From Lingula anatina (taxonomy: Eukaryota > Animalia > Brachiopoda): 64,000 nt of DNA. Shown here piece by piece: positions 27,802-41,635 of the stretch (position 1 is its first letter; every line of letters begins with the position of its first letter). Below the pieces are notes generated by a model that was not told where the DNA came from, made no database searches, and was given only the letters and a program-made list of their open reading frames with translations. Position numbers and translations under genes: made by a program. The DNA is taken from positions 22,280,534 to 22,344,533 of the forward strand of contig CM120644.1 in the NCBI GenBank assembly GCA_051362555.1. Direction: 5' to 3'.

Positions 27802-28511
27802 ACAGAGTCGGTGCGCAGCCTACTACCTTGCATCTCCAATTAAAGATCAAACACAGAATTAATTTTCCTTAACTAGCCACATGACCTTTAAAGCTTAAGT
27901 TTATATTCACCATCACATCTCATCTGAAGACTATATTTACAACATTATGGTCTATATCTGGATTGTAAATAACAGACAGATACTGTGATTCTGTGTAACC
28001 ATCAGTTCAACTGGGAGCCTCATGACCGTTACCAACCAATCTGTGGCAATCAGCAGCCATCTTGTGCACATTAACACCAATTCCAAGAAACGCTATAGAA
28101 CAAATTGCGACAGAGCGCCACCCTGCTGTGCCTGTGTCCTCTCTTAATGCAAGGATAATACAGGTGCCTGTACTGACGTCTTTTTGTTTTCCAGTTCACA
28201 GGCTTTATACTGAAAAATGGTCTAAACTTTTATATCAAAATGTCCAATCTATACATCAGACGTGGGGTGAACTTTGGAGGTACTTATGGTCTGTAGGACC
28301 TGTACTACAAGAAATCTGCTGGTCCCATTTTTGTGCAGGTTCATTACTCGATGATTACATATGATTCATTTTTATGTGTTGCATTTCCATTATAAAAACC
28401 TTGCTGGCCCAGAGGATCTGCAATCAAAATTTATGTATGGAGTCTATTCAGGTCAAAACGGCAGTTTCCCCATGGCTGATGCCATGACCCTCGATAGAAA
28501 AGGGCATACAA

Positions 28512-28719
28512 GGCTGGGTTCCCATACCTATAGATCAATCTAACAGGATCGATCCATCTCCAAGAGGTTTCTCGCTAAATTGCTTTCAGCTTAAACGGTA
28601 ATTATCCCCTAGCAGGTGTGACAGACATCTAAGCCACTTAAGTTGATTGCAATTTAGCAAAAATCACCTCTGAGATAGACCAATTCACAGTTAGCATGGT
28701 AAGGTCTGGGAATGGTCCC
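28512..28719. mobile_element. Palindromic MITE family A, copy 3 (internally deleted)
   Basis: ggctgggttcccataccta...gggaatggtccc, with caggtgtgacagacatctaagcc core. Confidence 0.65.
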
Positions 28720-30185
28720 TAAGCAGCCAATAGTTTTTGCTTAATGTTTGATTATTTACAACAGTGGTTTATTTCACACATATCCAGCAATGAGGTTGAC
28801 CCAAATTTTAATCTTGGAGATTTAAGTGTAGTCTATATGTATTATCATTATTTATTTTTATCCTTTTTTTTTTTTTTTTGTGAAACCAGTCCAGTGGTAA
28901 TTCTATTGGCGTAAAGATGAACAGAGCCACAAGAAGCCACCAACAAAGCAGGAGAGGAAATGCAATTCCGCCTTCTTGTATTTCTCCATCAATACACATT
29001 TCCCAACAGGCACATTTCCTTTCTTTATCAGCGTCATGTTTCTTTTTAATCTACTGATGATGGATGACTATCTCTCATATCATGGATGGATTAGGTAGCC
29101 AGATTTTTTCCATTACCCTTCCAAGAATAATTTTTCCAGGATAAAAAATTTTTTACTCCTGGGGAGTGGGTGAGCTGGGGAAACCTTTTATACAGCCCTG
29201 TTTTACTTTTAAATTAATTCATTAGTGATGAAAATGTCAGAAGAATCACATCTGGCCAATAACAAATCTAGTATCAGCAATACGTGGGAGAAAGAACAAA
29301 GAAGTTACAGCAAATATTCACGTGGAGGACTGATGGAAGAAATTTACAGAACTAAGATCTCTTTTCATTCACTTCTCTTAGCAATAGGGTTTTTAGCAGT
29401 ATTCCACGGAACAAAATCGGAAGTAATTAGTCATTATTTTTTTTTGTGTTTTAAAATAAACAAAGATGATTTTCTCGAAGAAATCCATTAGTCTGGAAAT
29501 ACCTCCATTTTGCATTCCTTCTTGCCATTTTATGACATCACAGACTGTCTTGTTCTCGATAAAAACAGCTAATTAATCAAATCAGAAATTACAGAATAAA
29601 TATAAAAATGTGTTAATTTATTTGCATAAAACCATAACATTATTGGTCAGGAAAGGTAGGTTGAGAAGCAGTTTTCCTTCCACCGTTAAAAACTACTGTT
29701 AACCAACATCAATCACAAAGCAGTGTCCACCTCAATACATAAAAGCCGTCATGAGTCTTTTTCATAACATATTTAAAATTCATCCCAGCAATCATAGTAT
29801 TCAATGCATTAAGCACATTGAAAGCATTTTAAAAAGTTCCATTTGGACAACATTAGTTTCAAAATCCTTTAAAAATGACTCTAAACAACAAAACATAAGT
29901 TGCTGATAAATGGAAAATATCATGACTGCTATATTATGTTCGGAGCTTATGTACGAAAAATCAAGGAGTACAAGCAATCTTCACTTATCATAAATATGAT
30001 TTTTTTAAATTTAAAAAGGCATCTCAAAAAGTTCACAAGTTGAACCCATCTATTTAACAAATAAATCACAAATATTTAACAACCTTGTCATGCATCTGTC
30101 AGTCACTGTGTGACATTGATGAAAACATGATATGAATGTCACTAATAAAAGTGACAGTCCACAATGGACATTATCAGAATGACAG

Positions 30186-33100
30186 TCACGTGAAAGTTGA
30201 TGACTGACACTTAGCTTTAAGAGCCTGGACCACAGTAACCATCAAATGACTCAGATGCTGGTGAGCTGTAAATATCTGGTCACTAGGCAACCTTGTCAAC
30301 ATCTCGGGGGTCATTTCTGTGGTCAAAGTTCCCAGAGTCTCCAAAATGTGTTTTGCTGAGTCTAATTCCTGCTGTGAGCAACTGGGTCCTTCGTTTTCCT
30401 GAGTTTTTTCAGCGTTATTTAAATCTGGATGCTCTGATTGGCTGAATTCCTGTTTGCCCTGACTACACGACTGGGACAGTTTTGTGATCTCGGCCATTAT
30501 GTTTCCAGAGCTCTCCAACATAGCCTCGAAGCTGCTTTCCAACTGATCTCGTATTGACGCTGTAAAAGGTGCATTTTCTTTTTTAACCAACACATGAAAA
30601 AGCTTACACTCATTTTTTAAAAAAAATCATTCTTGCGTCTATACTGGCATTTACAATACTGGGACATAATCGAAAAATAAAATAAAAAACCTCAAGATGC
30701 AGTACCTTGAACCATTCTCTATTCATATGACTTAAAAACCTGACTTTGCTAGGGTTAAAGCTTATTAGATAAATGAATAAATAAATAAATATATAACAGT
30801 CAGCACAGAAACAACTTTGTGCATACTAACATTTCTTTGGGGACAGGTTTTCCATGACATCCTCCAGTGCAGGCAGCTTATTCCCAGCAGGTGAAGAACA
30901 CTTCGGGGAGTCTGGCGCCACATGGGACTCGTCATCATCTGTTAGGAATTTGCAAAATATATGTTGTTTTCAATTCAAACTTCTATTGAGTTTTGCAGTC
31001 TTTTCCTTGGTAATATACCAAAACATGATAAAACACATTTTCTAACTTTGATCTTTACTGTTTTTTTTTTTCACTAAAATGCAACTTATTACACCCATTC
31101 TGTTCTTCTGTAAAAGTCGATGCAGTCAAAAAGCTGTGAAACCAGGACAGATTCTAGAACAAATTCGTAGATTAAGCTTTTTTTTTCTTTGTTTCTGCAC
31201 TCAGTCATGTACAAGACAAGAACCCATCAATTTTATGCACTAAAAAATTCACAAGAAACTTCTACTGATAATAATCAAAATATTTCACCGTCGTTCTCCC
31301 TGGCAGACATCTGTGTGAACTTCTCCGTCTCTTTCTCTCCGTCTTTCCTGTTCTGCTCGCTCTCCCTCATCTTTCTGTTCTCCTGTTCGGTCTCAAACTG
31401 TTCCAGCACCCTGCGGACGGTGGGGACCTTGGGTGACTGGATGGGCAGACTCTGGATGTCCACCTCGGTCAGTTTACACAGATGACCCACTGTGTGGATG
31501 TTCCTGGCTCGTACCAACTGACCCAGACCCCTGGACCTGATGGACGAGAAAAAAATGACCCATTATCTATACTGTGTCTGCTGTTAAATTCACTGTGTCA
31601 GACCTCAAAGACTAAAGAAAAACATCAGAGAACTATTCTGGCTAGATAAATTACAACTATTTCATTTGCTATCATCAACAATTTGACAATGAATAATGCA
31701 AAGCAAAAAATTAGTGCAACTTTGATCCCAGTTGCACACAAACATACTAAACTTTGACCTATTATCAAAATTAAGACCTATATTCAGATATTCAGAACTT
31801 AGCTCAACATTAGAAAATACATATCGGTAATTTATTAAAGATAAGTTTATATCAAGCCAAGAATGCCCAGCAATTCAATCTTTGCTGAAACGAGAGAGAG
31901 AGAGAGAGAGAGAGAGGGAGGTAGGGAGTATTAAAGTTTTAAGTTTAAGATGGTTCAAAATCCACCACTTACCACATAGAAGAGGTCAGCTGTGGCAGGA
32001 CTTTCTCTACAGGTGTGGTACACTCCACCAGGTCTGGGTAGACTGGGTCACGGCTGTTCAACTGCGACTCCTGGGTGCTGTGATAGCTGTTCTGAGAGGG
32101 CGTCAGCTGGGTGAACTTCTGAAATGAACCAATAAAAAAACCCTTTTTTAGTTAATATATATTATGGGTTGAACTGAGAGAAGCTGTAACAAACAATGAA
32201 ACAAAATGGCCCAACTCAAAATGTTATCAGATTTTGGTAAAATTTTCTGGATAGGTCAAAAATGTGCTAACTTTGAAAAAAAAAAAAAGATGTGGTGATT
32301 AAATCACTAATTGACTACTAATAATTACAATTGTGCTGCTAACTTTACACAATAACAGCACAGGTTTTCCTTACCTTTCCTTCCTCACTAGGGCTGGTTT
32401 TACACTGATCCTCAGCACCACTTCTAGAGGGTGTGGTGAGAAACTGAAATACAACAGACTTTTCTTACTGATCAGAACATTGGTACTGTTGATTCAAATG
32501 TGTATTCACTTCTTAAAGCTGCAGACTGAGATATAATACACATCAAACAACTTTTATTAAGTTACGACTAGATAAAAGTTTTACTCCCATTACAAGAGAA
32601 GCTGCAAGTTACCTTGGACCGAGTAAAATTTTAATGAAAAGCATCAGCACTATTTATGATGAACAATTTCTTTTAAAAATCTACAAGAAACTGCAAATAC
32701 TCTCTCTGATCAATTTATTTATCTTTCTGTTTTGGTCTCAAGTTTTGTGAAGCCATGTGCTGTAAATCTAATTTGACTGAAAAAAAAAATCTATCCTTCA
32801 TGTTTCCTATAGTCTCCAGTTCACTGTCTGCAGCTCACCTTGTTTTGCGCCGCAGTCACTTTAGAAGGGGTTGTAGTCACCAGTGGTGACGGTGCAAACT
32901 GGACGCCCTTAGTCAGGTCTAGGGTGCGGTTCACTGGCTTTGCTGGTGACAGTGACCCAGACTTTGCATTCTCCGCTTCCTCGATTGGTTCCGCAAATGA
33001 CACCCGTCTTTGCTAATGACACAATTCAAAAAAGTTACATAGTTAATTTATTCATACATGCAGAAAATTACATTTTATATAAATAGGAAAGCTCAAACAA

Positions 33101-36100
33101 AATGACTTATTACTTTTTTCAGATAAAATAGTAAAACTTGTAACTGCTTATGTAACAAAAACAGGTCCACTTCATCTCCTCCCCTTGATCAAATAATTTA
33201 CTCTTTTCTCACAAATAAAAAGACAAATCAAATAATACTGGCTCATAAATGAAAAAAAAAAATCCTACTTAATATCATCCTTACCTTGTCAGGAGGTGAA
33301 GCAGGTGAGTCTCCGCCACTGTCGCCACTCAGACGCCGCTTCTTCAATATCCCTGCACTTGGTGAAGCCGAGGGAGAGTAAACTTGGAGCACACGTAGCG
33401 CCTGGAATGAGCTCACTGGGCTTCCATTGGAGGCAGCCATCTTGGAACATGGCGGTGAACTTCTGGCTTCTGACGTGTTCTCGGTATCAGAATTTTTCTG
33501 TGAGTCTTTCTGGTATGCTTTCTTAATGCTCCGATTCAGAGCTTCCATTTTGTCCTCCTTATGATGCGCCACAGGGAGCTCCTCTCTCTTCCTGCCCAGG
33601 AGAAGACGTTTCCTTCTTGCTAAAGTAGGATGCCGAAAACTGACCAACTTGACAGGGTCCGTCCTGACCAATCGCTGTGTTACAAGGTCATTTGCAGATG
33701 ACCTAGAAAACGGTTTCATGGCTGACCTGGGGGTTTCTTGCAAACTGGAAGAATTGGGTAAACTTCCCGACTGCTGCTCTGGGGAGCCTGGTTCTGGCAA
33801 GTTGTCATGGTTACTCAGTTCTGAATCTGGACCCTTTTCCTTTAATAACTGAGCTTCAGCAGAATCTGTCAATGGCAGTGACTGTTCACCTTTTGGAGTT
33901 TCTTCAGAATTTTCTCCACAGGAAACCTTTCTCCTCTTTTTTGAGGGGGTCTGGTCAGGTGACTTTTTCTTCCTTGCAATGCTCAAAGCCATACCCAGAG
34001 ATCTATTCATAGGCGACCTGCGGAATATGGACTTCTTTGAACGCAGTCTCTTTGGAGACTTCATATCAATTTCTAATTTCTTCAATTCTGCTTCCTGCGA
34101 CGACCCTGGTCTTCTGGACTTCCGACTGGACGGAGGAGTTGTTTGCACAACTGCCTTGTCGTCATTGAACATGTCAGCGCAGGAATTTTGCTGTGGTTCA
34201 TTTTCTTCCTCCTTATCAAAAGAAGACAGAGGAGGATTTGAAATGCCATCTGCTACTTTTGCATCACCGGACTTTTGCAACTCTGGAAGTAATCCTAGCG
34301 GCACATCATCATCTGAATCAAAAGATACATTTAGCCCCTTATCTGCTGTAACAACTGTATTAGTGGTGCAGGATTGCTCCTTTTTGCCTTTTGAAATTTT
34401 CTGGGAATTTTTCTGTGTCGCTTGCATTTTCTTCAACTTGGTGGTGCTTTCTCTCACAGGTAGCTTCCCTGAATTTTTGGTTAACTCTGGTGTCTGCTCT
34501 GCCTCAGTTTTATGATCTGTTTCTAGGTTTAGTTTTTCAGCAGTTTTTATTTCTTCACCGGAAGACTTGCCTTCAGTTTCAGCATTTTTCTTTACAGTCC
34601 TTTCAAGCACCTTTGCCTTCTTTTTATCTCTAGCTTTGATTACAGTTCTTCCTTTTCCTCCTTTCCTGCCTATCTCATTTTGACTTTCTTCACTTTCCTT
34701 CAAAGGTCCTGCCATGTTGGCTTTCTCGTCTTTCTCCTCACCATGCTCTGGACTTTGTCCAACATCTCCAGCTCCAATATTACCTTCCTCTGCAGACATT
34801 TTATCTACTGAGTCTATAAGGTCAGATGCTTCACTGGACTCCTCATGCAATGCACCGTCTTGCGTCATGTCCTTGTTTGTAACTGGAGTGGAACCGTCAG
34901 CATCTTCGCTCTGAGAGACAAGAGTGGACTGAAGCAGACGCTCAGCTGCTCCATCCCCATCATTGCCATTTTCAACATCACTGGATTTGGAGATTAAGGA
35001 AATCTGCCCACTGGGCCAGATGGGGAGATCGTTCTCTACCTCACCACTGCAGACCTCTGACCCTGTTGAGCTTTGGGACTGAGAAATCAGCTTCTTTGGT
35101 CTTCCTCTCTTTCTTTTCTTGCCCCTCTGATTTTCACTTAATTCAGCATCTGATGCTAAGGTGCACACAAGTTCGGGTCCACACGAAGGAGCCACCTCCT
35201 CCTTGTTGTCTGCCATATTTGTCCCAGAATTCTTTGCATTGCTCAAATTAGATGATGTAAGGTCATTATTTAGATAAAAAGCAAGAGGAATCTCATCATC
35301 ATCATCATTATCGTCACTGCCATTTTCTTCCTCCACCTGAGTGTCTTCCACATCCTGCAAAATTTCCATCTTATTCTCATTTTTCTGTCCAGGTGTTGGT
35401 TCGCTACATTTGTCTTCTGATATTTCTGTGACAGATGCACCTGATGACTGTTCACATTTGTTGATTTGACTGTCATTGTCTGTGAACTTTGAATTCTTTA
35501 ACAATTTGGGTGACATTTCTTCATTTTCAGAGGAAAATATATCTGAGAGGCTTGAATTTTTATCTTCTTTGTTTTCACTATTCACATCTTCTTTATTTTC
35601 ATTATTCTCCATAGTGTTTTTGCCACCAACATCTAAGGAATTTACTCCAGAAATTTTTTCCTCGGAGTCCTTTCTTTTCTTTGTTTCTTCATCAAGTTGG
35701 GATTTGGATTTTCGTACTCTGCCACTTTTCCGTACTGAAGCCTGTAAAAATTCCACACTTTCACTTTCTGTCTCTCCTTGCTTTGGTTCCAGTACATTGT
35801 AAGAACTAACACTGGAGTTCTTTTTTGATTCCTTCTGTCCCACCTTGGATTCATCTGATGGAGTTGTTGTCTTCTTAACAGGGCGTCCACTTTTCCTTCT
35901 TCCCTTCTTCTCCTGGTCTGGCTCATCTTGCTGCACACTCTGGAACTTGGGCTCCTCTTGAGGACAACTACTAGAGACATCTGGAGGGGAAATTGTTATA
36001 ACAGGTTCCGAGATCTCCTGAGAATCTGCATTTTTTTCCTTTGACAGGGCAAGACATTTTGCACTTGGATTAAACTGTCCTATCTCTTCTTGTGTCAATT

Positions 36101-37528
36101 TTTTTATCTTGATCACAGGCGTGCTCATCAGTTTCACCACTTTTTCTTTGGTCAATGGTGAAAATTTGACAGGGGTGGACTGGGGCGAGCAGGAGTTCTC
36201 TGGAGTGTCTGATATGGGATTCTCACAGCTTGCACTGAATAAATTTTGTGAAGCTTTTTCTGCATTAGAATTAATTTGGTTTTGTTCCTCATCTAACTTT
36301 TCAGGAGTTTCAAGAATAATGCTCTCAGAGGATGGCACAGTCAAATATTGAGCTTCTTTCTTTTTAGAAAATTTAGTTGGTGATTGTGTTTCCTCAACTA
36401 AAGTGACAGTCTTGGTGTGTTCCTCAGCATTTACCTTTCGTGGTGACTTCACTATCCATTTATCTATACTCTCCTTGAGGTTAGTCACAGGTTTTCTTTT
36501 AGCTGGGGATTTACTATTCTTTGACCTTGACCTCCTTGGAATTGAAGGTGATTGGCTATTCCTTTCAGTTGACCTTGACCTTGATGGTGATTGGCTCATT
36601 TTGGTGGGAGTGGAAAGCAAAGACTGGCTCTGCTGACTCTGTGTTAACTCGACTACTTCTTCACAGGAATCAAAACCTTTTGATGTTTCGCCCTCACCTT
36701 CCTTAACTTTCACTTCAGTAAAAACGGCCTCAAATGGCCTGATTTGGTTGGACGTATCGCCAACCTCCTTCACGAGTTCATCACTTTTGTCTCCACTAAC
36801 ACCATTTTCTGCTGTCAGTCTCTCCTCTGAATCCTTCTGTTGAGAGAACCTCACAGACTTCCTTCTGCCCTCATCACTGGCAGGTTTGCTCAAGCCAGTT
36901 TCACTTTTCTTCAAGTTACTTTTATTTTCAACCATAGATGTCACTGCTCTCTTGAGGTCAGCCATGACAGGCACAAATGGCTGGCTGGGCAGCATCTGGG
37001 ACTGGGACCTGGGGAACATATGGAAAATATTGGTCATAATCATAACTTAAAATGTTTAACATTCCTGGAGTTATTCCCATTTGGTTTAAATGAAATGTGA
37101 ATATAAGAAAATTAGTATCTTTAAAGTGAGACTTTATAATTAAATAAATTATCTGTCAACGATAAAAAAAGACAAATGTTTTAAAATACTTTCCGTCCAC
37201 TTCTAACTTCAGTACCATTATATTACTACTTAAACTCTGTCGCCACAAGATTTCCCTCCCCAAAAAACTTCCCATCTTCTTTACCAAGTATGCACACAAG
37301 AATTTAATTTTCTCATCTCTTCAATTTCCAAAATGCACCAGATATTTCTGTAAAGTAAAGAGTACTTACGTCATCTGAGAGTCTGCGTCGTAGAGGTTTC
37401 TGAACATGTTGGTGTCTTGGGACTGGTCCAAGCTACTGTACATGGCAGGCAGGGTGCTGGAGAGAAAGAAAATAAAAATTATTTCATTTTTATGGTGTTG
37501 ATTTGGATAAAGTGGAGTTTCTGTATTG

Positions 37529-37562
<34 letters not shown>

Positions 37563-40500
37563 TATATCTTAAAGCCTAAACATTATTACAGTAACACTTT
37601 TAAAATATAAGTGAAGCAAAAGATCATAAGAGGTGAAGATATTTTTCATCTTATTCATTAGTTTTCAACAAAACTTGTGGAGGACAGAAGGAAATGTAGT
37701 GTTTGATTTTTATGTAACAAAAATTTCACTTCCCAAGAAATTTTCCCTAATCATCAAGGTACATAATGACCAATATCATTTACAGAATATGATCCATTAA
37801 CTTGTTTTGAGCTCTCTTAGTTTCTGTTATTTTTAGCAACTATAAAGGGAGATACAGACAATAGAAAAGTTAAAATTCTAAACCCTTTTCATAATTTTTC
37901 TCACTGACAAACTCTTTGTCAAACTTGCTTTTATTTGCAAGTTTTTTATTTTATGTTATTTATTTGTTTTTTCAATCAAGATCTAAAGGGCTTAACAAAT
38001 ACCTGAATTGTATATTTTCTCAGATAATTTCTACCTTTTCTCTCTGAGGATCTCCTTCTGATGTTCTGTCAACACCATCTTCTTCTTGGGCTCTGGTGGA
38101 ATAACAACAAACTCCTAGGGGAGAAAATAAAGGAAATGATTTTAAACTTATCACAAAAACACATGACTAACTTATTTGTGAAACATTAAGTTATGAGCCT
38201 TTCCATGTCCAACTTTACAGTAGGCATCTTATTTTCAGAGTTTTTCAATATTTTGATGGAAAATTCAGGATATAGTTATTCAAGGCAAAAGTAGTGATTG
38301 CATTTAAATTTCACTTAAATCCGGATCATCTTATTATTTAATAGAATCTTCCCCTCAGTATTTGCATTTTCCTTGGCCCTCCAGAGCTGTCTAGTTGCAC
38401 TTACATCGTCTCTCATGTACTTACATCATCTCTCATGTTCTGGACAGGTACCTCCAGTTTTCTCCTCACTCTGGCTGGGGACTCTTTCTTCTCTGGGGTC
38501 TGGGGTTTGACAGGAGATTTAAAGGGGGACTCAGGTTTGTTCAGAAAACTTCCCCGCACCTTGTATGGTGATGGCATGCCAGGCATTGTGGGAAGGGGGG
38601 CTAGGGATTCTCCCTGGAGAGAAGATATATTGAAATTAGATTTCCAAGAGCAGGAACAGTTTAGCAATTTTTCCCTCTGTTTTTCTAGTTTTTTTTAATT
38701 ATTGTTATAATCCATGCATGATGAGGATTCATAATTCTACTTCAGCTGCAATAACTGACTAGGAACTTTGTCTTACGTTCACATTATCATTATAATCCCC
38801 ACATGACAAAGATGTCTAATTTCTGCTGCACTCTCTGCCAATATGTCTGCCTATTGCAACAATCCAAATTTGGCATGGAAATTCTCAAAAACCTGAACTT
38901 TGCACCAATGCCTCAGAGCACACGTCATGTAACCCACCTGTGTCATCTGGCTGATGGGTGTCTCCTCCAGTACCATAATCTCCACACTGTCCCAACCTGG
39001 TAACAATACTGATGTCTTCTCCTTCACCTTGGCCAGGACGGGTCTGAAAGACATGTTAATACTGATACAAAATTATGCCTGGACATTTTCTTCAGTCATG
39101 TTAAATCTCCTTAAACATGCTTTAAGTCCTAGTGCAAAGTTTCAAATTGTTTTAATTTCTATTTTTTTTTTTTTACCAGAGGTTACCCAGTGAATAATCA
39201 AGGGAAAGAAAATGGAATATCTGTCTAAAAAGTCTATTTATCTCAAAGAATGCACTTTCATAAAGATGTTTATAAAACCAAACAAATCTTTTAATGACTG
39301 TTCAATCAGTCCATCAGTCACTCCATAAAAACACCTTCATTAATTTTACAATAAAAACATAATATGTACTGTGTCGTCTCTCATGACAAGAGCAACATGG
39401 TGATCATTCAGAGGAAGACCCGTCAGGATGTCACCCAACTCACCTCAGACCCTCAGGGTACTGCAGGGGGGCAGCACGAGCAAAGGTGGCGTTCCAAAAC
39501 AAGACAGTCTGGTTCTTGATTCCTCGTCGCGAGTTCAGAAAGGTGACTTCCAGTAATGGCGCTAGGGTGGTCAGCAGGTGAGAGTCGTAAGGTCCACTGT
39601 AGCGCCCCTGTACACAACCAGTGACGTCTGACCATAACTTTTCCAACTGCAGATGATGAATATTTAAAGGAAATTATTATTAAGAAATGAATGAAGAGAC
39701 TTGCTGACAATGGGCAATGAAGAAGTGGTATAAGCTTCATAAATGTCTGTTTCATCAGGAAATAAGTCTTGTTTACACCACCCCTGTATTTTTTTTTTTT
39801 CAAAAAGCAATATAATCAACTCTTACCTTCTGCATAAACTGAGCATTGTACAGTTTACAGCCCACTCTCTTCCCAGCATGCCTGTAAAACTCTGCCATGT
39901 GACCAGCTAATCGACCAATCATATCTGGGATCATGGCAGACGTGGAGACATGGGTGAACAACATGGACAAGATGGCCACCAGGTTGTGCCCAGAGGTTGC
40001 TAGGGAGGGGTGATTTGCCTGAAGGAAAAACAATCATGTTAAATAAATTAATTTCTGTTAACCAGAAACTGTTTCCAGAAAAAGATAAAGCAACTCAAAT
40101 TCATTGAACATAATACACAAGTCTTCAATTTTACATACTTATTTTCATTACATCTGCTGGGTCATCTTTTGCGAGAAAGAAGTATCCAGAAACACAAAGT
40201 GCTAACATCTTCAAATCTTTCCTTAATTTTCCTTTATACTAATTATTCTCAGTGTAACAGTAACATCAAGTTTATTTTACTCCATGCTAAAATTTAAGTT
40301 TTCATACAATTATCACCAACGCTTATTGTCATCAACAATTACCAAAATCAATAAATCTATGTTCTTTATTTACACAGAAGCACATTCTGAAGAAAAGATT
40401 TACTGTAAACAAGAATAAGTCTAAAAATCATCTTCGGCACCAAAGAAGACCCACCAGCTGTCTGTCAGTGCTATCGGTCAGTCCATGAAGTGTGTTGGTC

Positions 40501-41604
40501 AGACATCCAACCAGCTTGACCAGACTGTGGATATTCCCCAGGGGTTTGGGTTTCCTCTTCGGCCACTTGGATGGACTCACCGCCACTGGGAATATCAAAA
40601 TTGTGCCATTATGATATTTTGTAATTTAGCAAGGGTTTTACACTGGCCTTATAAACTATGGAAGTTTCATGAAACACAAAAAGGAACACATTTGTAAATT
40701 CTAAAAAATGGGGGCCTTATTCTACTATCTATAAAATTATTATAAAATTCTATTTAATACCTAATTTATCTACTAAATTCTGTATATTATTAAATCTATT
40801 TCATCTTCTACAATTTAAAATTTAAATTCCTATTATTGAACAAAAGACTATGGTATAAATATAGCCTTTAAATAATTACTTAGTTATAAACTTAATATTT
40901 TAAGCCCAAATCTCAAATATGAAACCAATATTCAATGTGAATTATTTCAAATCTAAAGCTGACATCCTGCGTAGCCCAATCTTCACAACTTACGTGCGGC
41001 TCCAAAGTTCAAGACAGAGGTGAGGGAGGAGAAGTCGACGCAGTCCGTGATCACCTGACACAGATGCGTCACCGCGTCCAGACACGGGGGAGTCTGAATA
41101 GGAACAATAGTAAACACTGGAGACACTTATTTTATTATTTATAAAGTTACATGCATGTTTTATTCTGAATTGACCTACTACAAAGAAGGGGATTTTTTTT
41201 AACTCTACATATTCTATACTTTATACACAAAGCAAGTATGTTATTCTTTATTCTACATATTAATTATTCTATACATTATCTACAAAGCAGACCTGGCATG
41301 TAGCAGGCTAACATAAAGACACACCTTTAATGTACTGAATTTGATTGCTCTAGTTTCATTTAATGACAAAAAACGCTTATAACACACTTTGCATAAAATG
41401 GACCCAATCAGCATGTTAGACTTGAGGTGTATTCTATATATTCACGTTACTTTGATTCCATGAATATATCCTTATTCTTAAATTAATTTATTTTTCTCTC
41501 ACTTTTCTATACTTATGGACTTATTTGCTACCATGGGTAGAACCTTATACAAAATTACACATATTTCCCCCTTGTATTTTCTACATTTAGTAACTGATTT
41601 CTAT

Positions 41605-41635
<31 letters not shown>

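Noticed and set aside
33296-37100. Multiple plus-strand ORFs of 60-180 aa
   Set aside because: Antisense shadows of the RIF1 giant exon.
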